NCBI GenBank assembly: GCA_963728315.1
Contig: CAVSKA010000017.1
Coordinates: 76,127-140,126, forward strand
Direction: 5' to 3'
Length of the DNA stretch: 64,000 nt
Source of the DNA: an uncultured Bacillales bacterium
Lineage (GTDB): Bacteria; Bacillota; Bacilli; Bacillales; CAVSKA01
The notes beneath the pieces are model-generated. The model made no database searches, had not been told where the DNA came from, and saw nothing but the letters and a program-made list of their open reading frames with translations. Positions within the stretch are counted from its first letter, which is position 1. Each line of letters opens with the position of its first letter. The position numbers and the translations under genes were made by a program. Positions 31,673-40,950 of the stretch are shown piece after piece.

Positions 31673-32782
31673 ATGGAAAATGTATTAGGGATTATTAATC
31701 TTATTAATGAAAAACCCTATTTAGAGGAACTGACTTCTTATCGAGCAATGGCCTCTGTCCCGTTTGCCGGTCGTTATCGATTAATCGATTTCACAATGGC
31801 AAATTTTATCCATGCTCAAGTTTCACAAGTCGCAGTCTTTACAAAAGATCATACACGTTCCATAATGGACCATCTTGGCTCAGGAAAAGAATGGGATCTA
31901 GATCGCCGCAGCGGTGGTTTGTTCATCTTGCCTCCTCTTCAAATGGATGAAACAATAAAAGGCGATCTTCAACCATTTTATGATCATTTAGAATTTTTTC
32001 AGAGGGCGGACACTGTAGATTCAGTCATCATATCACCAGGTCACCATGTATCTAAAATCGACTTTTCTGATGTCATTGCTGAACATCGGAAATGTGAAGC
32101 AGACATTACCGTTCTTTATAAAGATTACAACGGTGAACCCGTTCAAAAATTAATCTACCATACTCTTTCATTAGATCGAAACGGAACAGTACAAGATATT
32201 GAACTATTTACTGCACCAAAAAAAGGAGAGCATGTCTGTTTGGAGACGTTTGTCATTAAAAAAGATTTGCTCATTGAATTAATTAAAACGTGTGTGGAAA
32301 ACAACGAATATGACTTTTTAAAAGATGCTGTGAAAGCCAACCTTCATCGTGTAAACGTGAAAAGCTACCACTTCACAGACTATATGCCATTCATTCATTC
32401 CGTTGAAACCTTTCATGCCAGTAACATGGAATTTTTAAATCCAGATTTGATTCATTCTTATTTTTACGATTCATGGGATGTTTACACAAAAATCAAGCAC
32501 GAAGCTCCAGCAAAGTACTCATCAACTTCCAGGGTTTCAAATACGTTAATTGCAAACGGCAGTGAAATCGAAGGTGTAGTAGAGAACAGTATTATTTCAC
32601 GAGGGGTTAAAATAAAAAAAGGAGCCTATGTGAAAAATAGTATTATTATGCAAAAAGGGGTAATTGAAGAAGGTGCATATGTAGAAAATGTAATCACAGA
32701 CAAGCAAGTAAAAATTACGAGAAACCAAACGATCATCGGTGAGGTTCAGCCTCGAGTTGTGAAAAAAGCAGAAATTATTTAG
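31673..32782 (+). CDS. glgD: glucose-1-phosphate adenylyltransferase regulatory subunit
   Basis: GlgC paralogue lacking the GGxGxRL motif (..SVPFAGRYRLIDF), in the position between glgC and glgA as in Bacillus. Confidence 0.9.
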   Translation: MENVLGIINLINEKPYLEELTSYRAMASVPFAGRYRLIDFTMANFIHAQVSQVAVFTKDHTRSIMDHLGSGKEWDLDRRSGGLFILPPLQMDETIKGDLQPFYDHLEFFQRADTVDSVIISPGHHVSKIDFSDVIAEHRKCEADITVLYKDYNGEPVQKLIYHTLSLDRNGTVQDIELFTAPKKGEHVCLETFVIKKDLLIELIKTCVENNEYDFLKDAVKANLHRVNVKSYHFTDYMPFIHSVETFHASNMEFLNPDLIHSYFYDSWDVYTKIKHEAPAKYSSTSRVSNTLIANGSEIEGVVENSIISRGVKIKKGAYVKNSIIMQKGVIEEGAYVENVITDKQVKITRNQTIIGEVQPRVVKKAEII

Positions 32783-32796
32783 ATGGAGGTCCTAAC

Positions 32797-34224
32797 ATGC
32801 ACGTTTTATTCGCCGCATCAGAATGTGCTCCATTCATCAAAACAGGCGGTCTAGGAGATGTGATTGCGGCCTTGCCCAAAGCACTTAAAGATCAAAATAT
32901 CGATGTAAGTGTTATTTTGCCGAAGTATGAAGATCTTTCTTTTCAATACAAGTCTCAAATGACATTGATAAAAAGCATTGACGTCCCTGTCGGCTGGCGT
33001 CAGCAATATTGTGGAATTGAAGTTCTTGTCCATGATGGGATTACATTCTATTTTCTAGACAATGAATACTATTTTAAAAGACATGGAAGCTACGGTTTTT
33101 TTGACGATGGTGAAAGATTTGCTTTTTTCTCAAGAGCCGTATTAGAAGCTTTGCCCTATCTTAACGTGAAGCCTGATATTATTCACTGCCACGATTGGCA
33201 AACTGGACCAATTAGTGTGTTATTAAAAGCACATTACAAAAACCACCCATTCTATCAAAAAATAAAAACCATTTTCACGATCCATAATTTACGCTATCAA
33301 GGTGTCTATCCGAAGGTAGTTCTTTCAGAGCTCCTCGATTTAAGCGATCTTTATTTTCAAATGGATGGTCTCGAATTCTACGGTAATGTCAGCTATTTAA
33401 AAGCGGGACTCGCTTTTTCGGATTGTTTAACGACGGTTAGTCCTTCGTATGCAGAGGAAATTCAGACTGCCTATTATGGTGAAAACTTGGATGGCTTTTT
33501 GCGAAAAAGAAGAGATCAGCTCTATGGAATTGTAAATGGAATCGATATCGAAGTTTATAATCCAGCAACAGATGAGTATATTGATCAGCCTTATAGTGAA
33601 ATTGAGGGTAAAGAAGAAAATAAAATTCATCTTCAACAAGCGTTAGAACTTCCTGTAGATAAAGATATTCCGATTCTTTCAATGGTTACAAGACTCGTGG
33701 ATCAAAAAGGAATCGATCTCATTCTCCATGTTTTTCATGAAATGATGGGACTTAATGTTCAATTCGTCTTGCTTGGTACTGGGGAAGAGCGGTATGAAGA
33801 AATCTTTAGAAATCTCGAAGAACAATATCCTGAAAAGGTTTCAATTTTGACCTATTTTGATGAAGCAGTGGCGAGAAAAATTTATGCCGGATCAGATCTT
33901 TTTCTTATGCCTTCCCAATTTGAACCATGTGGCATTGGACAGTTACTCGCATTTAGATACGGAACAATTCCGATTGTCCGAGAAACAGGTGGACTCCGTG
34001 ACACGGTTATTCCATATAACGAATTTACCAATGAAGGGAATGGTTTTAGTTTTACGAATTACAGTGCTCACGATATGCTATATACGATCGAACGTGCCGT
34101 CTGGTTTTACCGTTTTCAACCGAATAAATGGAGAGAACTAGTAGCCCAAGCGATGAATCTTGATTTCAGCTGGGGTGCTTCTTCGCTAGAATATAAGAAA
34201 CTTTATGAGTCTTTAATGGAGTGA
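32797..34224 (+). CDS. glgA: glycogen synthase (ADP-glucose type, GT5)
   Basis: N-terminal ECAPFIKTGGLGDV and C-terminal PSQFEPCGIGQL motifs. Confidence 0.95.
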   Translation: MHVLFAASECAPFIKTGGLGDVIAALPKALKDQNIDVSVILPKYEDLSFQYKSQMTLIKSIDVPVGWRQQYCGIEVLVHDGITFYFLDNEYYFKRHGSYGFFDDGERFAFFSRAVLEALPYLNVKPDIIHCHDWQTGPISVLLKAHYKNHPFYQKIKTIFTIHNLRYQGVYPKVVLSELLDLSDLYFQMDGLEFYGNVSYLKAGLAFSDCLTTVSPSYAEEIQTAYYGENLDGFLRKRRDQLYGIVNGIDIEVYNPATDEYIDQPYSEIEGKEENKIHLQQALELPVDKDIPILSMVTRLVDQKGIDLILHVFHEMMGLNVQFVLLGTGEERYEEIFRNLEEQYPEKVSILTYFDEAVARKIYAGSDLFLMPSQFEPCGIGQLLAFRYGTIPIVRETGGLRDTVIPYNEFTNEGNGFSFTNYSAHDMLYTIERAVWFYRFQPNKWRELVAQAMNLDFSWGASSLEYKKLYESLME

Positions 34225-34274
34225 AATAGAATAAAAGTTGAGGATGTTCTGATTAATACCCAAACAGTCATCCA

Positions 34275-34303
34275 CAAAAAAGAGGCAATTGCCTCTTTTT
34301 TTT
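34275..34303. terminator. bidirectional terminator between glgA and the VOC gene
   Basis: AAAAAAGAGGCAATTGCCTCTTTTTTTT. Confidence 0.85.
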
Positions 34304-34309
34304 ACTTTA

Positions 34310-34672
34310 TCAGCCTTTTAATAGAAATGAATGACCATCTTCGTCTTTAAAACGAACAAATGTACCCCATTGCATTTTTTGTAGCTCACCTTCAAATTCT
34401 ACTCCGTTGTTCTTCATTTTCGCGACAACATTTTCAATATCTTCACAATCAAAAACAATTGATGGATTTAGTTCTGCCCAATTTTTCATCATTTTTTTTG
34501 GGTAAATAACTAAGGCACTTTCAGCTCCTACTGGGGCAACTTCAAGCCAGTGAGCGTCTGGACCCATTTGTTCCTCGCGACGCAGTTCAAATCCAACTTT
34601 TTCTAACCAAAATGTTTTTGCTTTTTGCTGATTCTCTACATAAACGGCAGCTGTAGCAATTTTTTTGATCAT
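34310..34672 (-). CDS. VOC-family (glyoxalase/bleomycin resistance) protein
   Basis: 120 aa with a single paired beta-alpha-beta-beta-beta module pattern. Confidence 0.8.
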   Translation of the reverse strand: MIKKIATAAVYVENQQKAKTFWLEKVGFELRREEQMGPDAHWLEVAPVGAESALVIYPKKMMKNWAELNPSIVFDCEDIENVVAKMKNNGVEFEGELQKMQWGTFVRFKDEDGHSFLLKG

Positions 34673-34756
34673 GTTTGTGCCTCCTCTTTTCTATGTGAAT
34701 TAATTTGTAACAGCTAATTAGATAGTATTCCGAAAAAAAGATGAATTCAAAGAAAT

Positions 34757-35130
34757 TTAATTAAGCAATTTTTCTAAGTTCTTATTAACAATAAATACTT
34801 CAATTCTTTCCCCAGTTTTCGTGCTGATATCACTGTGGCTGGAAAGAACCTTGCACCCCGTCTGTTTCTCCACAATATCTTCAAAGTTTTGACTATACAT
34901 CTCTCTCAAAACTTGTCTCATTTGTTTGACTAGTTTTCTACCATTATCGTTTGAAACAAGGTGTTTTTCTTCTACAGTAAGCACTCCTTTAAATCGTGCA
35001 ATCACCATATCTTCAACAATATATGTTTTCGCTTCTTGGGGACCCCGTCCAATTAGATCACGTTGGAACTTTATTAGTGCTTCACTTATTTCAGCTTCTA
35101 ATTTTTTTTTAGTAAGAACTAATCATTCAT
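34757..35130 (-). pseudogene. DUF2294 (MpsC-like) protein with disrupted 5' end
   Basis: The open frame runs 35122 to 34757 (..KKKLEAEISEALIKFQRDLIGRGPQEAKTYIVEDMVIARFKGVLT..). It has no start codon. The RBS-spaced ATG at 35128-35130 is in another frame and hits TAG after 3 codons. One missing base near 35122-35127 would join them. Alternatively the gene uses Met at 35008. Confidence 0.5.
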
Positions 35131-35354
35131 GAAAACCTCCGATTTGCCGTTTAGAAATTCATGCTAATCATCTTACTTTCGTCTCATCATTTTTGTCAAT
35201 ACCTTAATAAAAATTATAAAATAGTGAGTAAATGAAAGAAATATTAACTTTTTCTTATGAAAATCACCTAAAATGATCGAATATGATGAAATATTGGAAT
35301 TTACAGGGGATGAAAACGGTTTTACAATAACGATGCAAACATTATTTAAATTAA

Positions 35355-35490
35355 AAAAATGGCTTAGTCTCGAGCGATCGAGTACGGAGGAACCAAGGTT
35401 TTGGGGTTAATTCTACAATAGTAGAAAGGATGAGTATTCTCTTTCGACATCCTACCCGTCAGCTAACTTCGTCGGCTAAATCGAAGGAGG
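35355..35490 (+). ncRNA. c-di-AMP riboswitch (ydaO/kimA class) in the kdp leader
   Basis: Conserved blocks GCTTAGTCTCGAGCG..ACGGAGGAACCAA..TTGGGGTTAATTC..CCTACCCGTCAGCTAACTTCGTCGGC..TCGAAGGAGG match the pseudo-two-fold ydaO consensus. Followed by a weak hairpin and T-run at about 35485-35526. Confidence 0.8.
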
Positions 35491-35995
35491 TCTAAAGACC
35501 ACCTTATTCAGGGGCCTTTTTTGTTTCAATTCTCTTTTTGGAGCAAAGAAGTACCTTGAGATTACAAGTAGGTCTTTTTCTTATGCCTATTACATGAAAA
35601 AAGAATATGGGAGACAGAACGCAAAGAGGGCAATATGTCAGCTAGGCGTTAGGTAGACTAATGATTATTTTTTCTCTAGTCAATTGAAACTAGACAAGAA
35701 AAAGCTTTTATCTGTATAGATAGTAAAAGCTCTCTTTCTTTCAAACTTCAATTCAGGGGATGAGTAAGCATTGGTCTTTTTTGTTTGCCTTAATATGAGT
35801 TGACCAATGGACTCGGACGTTGAAAGTTCTTAATTATTTTAAAAATGGCGTTTAGCTAAACGAATAAGTTTGAAGGGAGAAAAGGATCGGCATGGACATG
35901 ATTTCGTTAGGACTCGTTGGTTTGTCATTCAGTGTGTTTTTTGGCTTTATTAAATTTTGTGAAACAGTACTAGAGGATCAAGGAAGTGATCATTT

Positions 35996-36073
35996 ATGAT
36001 AATCTTGCTTTTCATACTTGGAGGATTAACCATTTATTTAATAGATGCACTGATTCATCCTGAAAGATATTAA
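35996..36073 (+). CDS. kdpF: K+-transporting ATPase subunit F
   Basis: 25-aa hydrophobic peptide MIILLFILGGLTIYLIDALIHPERY, located immediately upstream of kdpA. Confidence 0.7.
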   Translation: MIILLFILGGLTIYLIDALIHPERY

Positions 36074-36094
36074 TAATTACGGAGGACTTGAACA

Positions 36095-37770
36095 ATAGAT
36101 TTTATACAAATTGCTTTGGTTTTGGCTCTCACACTGTTGATTGACATTCCCATGAGTAGAAATAAAGAATGGTCTTTCTCACTTGAGACCACTCGATTAG
36201 ACAAATTTTATAGTGGAATAGAAAATGTTATCGGACAAAATTTCTGGTATACAAGAAACGGCTATGAATTTGAAGCAATACATTGGAGCTCTGATAGCAA
36301 GTAACATGGTGATGTTTGGGATAGGGTATATCATCCTCCGCTTTCAAAATTTGCTGCCTGGAAATCCTAGTAACATTCAAGCCATGAATCCATTATTGGC
36401 ATTCAATACTGCCGTTAGTTTTTTAACCAATACGAATTTACAACATTACAGCGGGGAAACAGGCTTAAGTTATTTCTCGCAAATGCTGGTCATAATATTC
36501 TTGATGTTCACGACCCCTGCAACAGGGTTAGCCATTTGCATGGCTTTTTTTCGGGGGATTACAGGAAAAAAAACGTTGGGAAACTATTATGTGGATTTAG
36601 TACGTTGTCACACTCGGATATTAATTCCATTAGCAGTCGCAGTTGGACTTGTGCTTGTTAGTCAAGGAGTGCCGCAGACTTTGCATTCAACAGTTGTATC
36701 CACCACCTTAGAGGGCAAAGAACAGTTGATTGCTAGAGGGCCAGTCGCAGCCTTAGAATCGATTAAACATATTGGAACGAATGGAGGCGGATTCTTTGGA
36801 GTGAATTCTGCTCATCCTTATGAAAATCCAACTCCATTCTCGAACGTACTCGAAATCATATCGATGTTTTTAGTTCCTATGTCATTGCCACTTGTGTTTG
36901 GAAGAATGACAAACAAAATAAAAAATGGATGGATTATTCTTGCCGCTATGGGTCTGATGTTTATTGCCTTCTTAAGCGTTGGTTACTTGAGTGAAGCGCG
37001 CGGAAATACCCGGATTAGAACGAATCGGTCTCTCTCAAGAAAATGGCAGTATGGAAGGGAAAGAAGTACGTTTTGGAATAGCACAAACTGCTTTATTTAC
37101 AGCAGTGACTACGGCTGCTACAACAGGAACAGTGAACAACATGCATGATACTTTAACTCCACTAGGTGGAATCGTTCCTTTAGGGGAGATGATGCTCAAT
37201 TGTGTATTTGGTGGGGACGGAGTTGGTACCATTAATATATTGATGTACGCCATTCTTGCTGTATTCTTAGCAGGTTTAATGGTCGGACGTACACCAGAAT
37301 TCTTAGGTCGTAAAATTGAAGCAAAAGAAATGAAGTTAATTGCGATTACGATCCTTATTCACCCTTTTATTATCCTTGTTCCAACGGCAGTCGCTTTAAT
37401 GACTCATGTAGGGACATCAGCCATATCAAATCCGGGTTTTCATGGAATCTCACAAGTAATCTATGAATTTACTTCTTCAGGATCAAACAATGGTTCTGGG
37501 TTTGAAGGTTTAGGAGATAATACACCATTCTGGAACATTTCTACGGGAAATGTCATGTTATATGGACGCTATTTCTCGATGATCGCTATGATTGCGGTTG
37601 CGGGGTCCTTGTTATCTAAAAAAACGGTACCTGAAACCATCGGAACGTTTAAAACAGATAATTCCACTTTTTTGGTAATTCTTGTTTCGACCGTTTTAAT
37701 TGTAGGTGCTTTAACGTTCTTCCCAGTAGTTGCGCTTGGACCAGTCGCTGAATGGTTAACGATACGCTAA
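36095..37770 (+). pseudogene. kdpA: K+-transporting ATPase subunit A, start codon lost and at least 2 frameshifts
   Basis: GGAGG RBS 9 nt before ATA (36095), where ATG is expected. Frames switch at about 36235 and about 37008. Conserved KdpA blocks are present (NTNLQHYSGE, IGTNGGGFFGVNSAHPYENP, MEGKEVRFG, GRTPEFLGRKIE, SSGSNNGSGFEGL). Confidence 0.9.
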
Positions 37771-37804
37771 TGATAGATTCAGAAAAATAAAGGAGTACTT
37801 CCAT

Positions 37805-39843
37805 ATGAATACAAGTCGAAAAGGAACACTGAATCGTGATTTAGTCAAACGAGCTTTACTAGATTCGTTTAAAAAGCTAAATCCAAGGTTAATGGTAAAA
37901 AATCCAGTGATGTTTGTGGTTGAAGTTGGCTTTATTGTCACCTTATTTTTAACGTTTTTTCCTTCGCTTTTTGGAGTAGAAGCGGATACGGGCTATAACG
38001 GAGTTGTTAGTGGGATCCTGCTGGTCACTCTATTATTCGCCAACTTTGCAGAAGCTTTAGCAGAAGGTAGAGGTAAAGCTCAATCAGATAGTTTAAAAAA
38101 AACAAAACAAGACACTAAAGCCAGATTGCTCCAAAAAGATGGTTCTTTTGAATCCGTTAGCTCGACTGAGTTGCGAAAAGGGGATATCGTCGTTGTTGAA
38201 GCAAACGAGATGATTCCGAGTGATGGAGAAGTGATCGAAGGGATTGCATCAGTTGATGAATCTGCGATAACAGGTGAATCAGCGCCTGTTATGAAAGAAT
38301 CGGGAGGAGATTTTTGCTCTGTAACTGGAGGAACTCTTGTCACAAGCGATAGGATTAAAATTCGAGTGACGACCGATCCTGGCGAATCATTTTTGGATCG
38401 TATGATTAGTTTAGTTGAAGGGGCAAAAAGGCAAAAAACCGCTAACGAAATTGCATTAAATACATTGTTGGTGAGCTTAACTCTGATTTTTATAATTGTT
38501 AGCGCCACTCTTGTTCCAATTTCTAACTATGTAAATGCTTCCATTCCTATTGCTACGTTAATTGCATTGCTCGTTTGTCTTATTCCAACAACGATCGGGG
38601 GACTCCTTTTAGCGAACGATATCGCAGGAATGGACCGTGTCACCGAGTGCAATGCAATGCCATATCTGGGAAAGCTGTAGAAGCAGCAGGGGATATCAAG
38701 ACGTTTATTCTTGAGGAGACAGCTACAATCACGTACGGGAATCGGATGGCCGCTTCTTTTGACCCTGTTGAGGGTGTGACTCATGATGAATTAAATGAAG
38801 TTGCCTTTTACAGCTCCATTCATGACGAAACTCCTGAAGGACGCTCGATTGTCGATCTTGCTAAGAAACTAGCGATTGCTGAACTAGTCCCTAAAGTGGC
38901 GCATTCAGAAGGAATTGAGTATAAAGGAGAAACTAGGATGAGTGGAACAAGCTTTGAGGATGGCAGAGAAATCAGAAAGGGAACCGTAGATGCGATGAAA
39001 CAATATATCGTTCAATTAGGAGGAGAAATCCCTTCTAACCTTGACGAGTTAACGAAAAATATTGCGATGAAAGGAGGAACACCATTAGCTGTAACAGATG
39101 GAAAGCGTGTTCTTGGTGTTATTAATTTGAAAGATACTGTAAAAGCGGGCATGAAAGAACGTTTTGATGAACTAAGAAAAATGGGAATTAAGACAGTGAT
39201 GTGTACAGGAGATAACCCTTTGACCGCTGTCACCATTGCGCGTGAAGCAGGTGTGGACGATTTTATTTCAGAAGCAAAGCCAGAAGATAAAATTGCGGTC
39301 ATTCGGAAAGAACAAGCAGAGGGAAAGCTTGTTGCCATGACAGGGGACGGGACAAATGATGCTCCTGCAATCGCTTAAAAAGATGTTGGCATTGCGAAGA
39401 ATAGTGGTACGACCGCAGCGAAAGAAGAGGTTAAAATGGTCGATTTGGATTCGGATCTAACGAAAATTATTGAAGTGGTTGCAATTGGGAAACAGTTATT
39501 AATGACAAGAGGAGCTTTAACCACTTTCAGTATTGCCAATGAAGTCGCAAAATACTTTGCGATTATTCAGGCCATGTTTATGCTTGCAATACCAGAAATG
39601 AAAGCTTTAAACATTATGAATCTTACAACTCCGCAGAGTGCGATTTTATCGGCCTTGATTTTTAATGCGATCATCATTCAGTTGCTCATACCACTGGCAA
39701 TGAGAGGGGTCAAATATGTTCCGATGAGCGCGACAAAATTATTAAATCGGAATTTATTTATCTTTGGATTAGGCGGAGTCTTGGTACCGTTCGTTGGGAT
39801 TAAATTAATTGACATGTCTCTTGTTTTATTACAAGAAGTGTAA
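37805..39843 (+). pseudogene. kdpB: K+-transporting P-type ATPase subunit B: frameshift, nonsense codon and loss of the phosphorylation motif
   Basis: A 5-bp tandem duplication TGCAATGCAA (38648-38657) shifts the frame. The DKTGT site reads EETAT (38713-38727). There is an in-frame TAA at 39376-39378 inside GDGTNDAPA(L)A(Q). The rest aligns with KdpB. Confidence 0.9.
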
Positions 39844-39875
39844 GAATTAAAGATCATACAAAAAGGTGAATGAAA

Positions 39876-40438
39876 ATGTTTCAAAAACTTAAGCTCAGGA
39901 CAATCTGCGAAGGATGATCGGTGGAGTTATTTACCCTCTCTTAATGATCGGAGTATCTCAACTGGTTTTGCCTGCTAAAGCAGAAGGGAGTTTAGTGAAA
40001 AATGAAGATGGGAAAATCATTGGTTCTGCCTTAATTGGGCAAACATTTAACGAAGCCAAAGAATTTTAGCGGGCGCGTTTCATCTATTGATAAAAATCCA
40101 GCAACCTCCAGTTCCGGAAACAATGCTCCTTCGTATAAAGAAATTCTTAATTGATCCAAGAGTGACATTAAGAACTTCCTGAAAGAGTTCCATAAAGCGA
40201 ATCAAGAAGATATCCAGCTGACCTTTTGACCAAAACTGGGTCAGGTCGAGATCCCGACATTACGCCAATGGCCGCAAATATTCAAGTTCATAGTATTGCA
40301 AACGCTTAGAGGGATTAGTGAGAAAAAAGTTCATACGATAATAAAAGAACATGCATTCGGCTTCAGAAGCTACGAAGCTTTCGTGCAAAAAGAGTCAATG
40401 TTTTAGCTCTTAACACAGAAGTTGAAAAAATCAGATAA
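39876..40438 (+). pseudogene. kdpC: K+-transporting ATPase subunit C remnant, heavily degraded
   Basis: KdpC-like segments [63 protein letters not shown] and VNVLALN are scattered over all three frames with several stops. Confidence 0.8.
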
Positions 40439-40445
40439 GCATTGG

Positions 40446-40855
40446 GGAGCCTGGGACAAAAATATTTGACGTAAAGAAAAAACCGAACGATCTAGCAAAA
40501 TTCTAAGTGGAATTTCGCTAAATCATTCGGTTTTTTCACTTTATTGTTTTCTTCGTTGAATCAATTTCATAATTAGATAATCTTTTCAATGAAAAGTCGA
40601 ATATTTGATTTCGATTGGAGTGTAAGACGGCGACTCCTGGGGAATAGCGAAGACGGCGAAATCCACTTAAGCTTTAGCTTAAGTTAGTTCGACGCGAGCC
40701 CCCGGAAAGCGTCCGTCGAAAACGAAAATCGAATGATTAAATAATAGTCAAATGAAAGGTTCGCATTTAAGATTGAGGATTTAAATCATGTAATTGATAC
40801 GGTTAAGAAATGATTCGACTTTAAAGTTGGGCATTTTAGTTCTGTCCCAGCCTCC
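40446..40855 (+). mobile_element. family-A MITE-like repeat, longest copy A6
   Basis: Left end GGAGCCTGGGACAAAAATATTT; right end is the reverse complement of GGAGGCTGGGACAGAACTAAAATGCCC. Hairpin 40483-40530 flanked by A- and T-runs. GC-rich core at 40617-40649. Confidence 0.85.
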
Positions 40856-40950
40856 TTTCTTCAATTTAAATAATGACTCAAGTTTGTTTTTCATCATCAT
40901 CTTGTGATCTACATAGTGAAAAATTTTTTTGGGAAAAGAGGTTCAAAAAG

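Noticed and set aside
40856-40950. Promoter for the KdpD-like gene downstream of the family-A insertion.
   Set aside because: I could not find a convincing -35/-10 pair with proper spacing. The track ORF extension to 40873 lacks an RBS.
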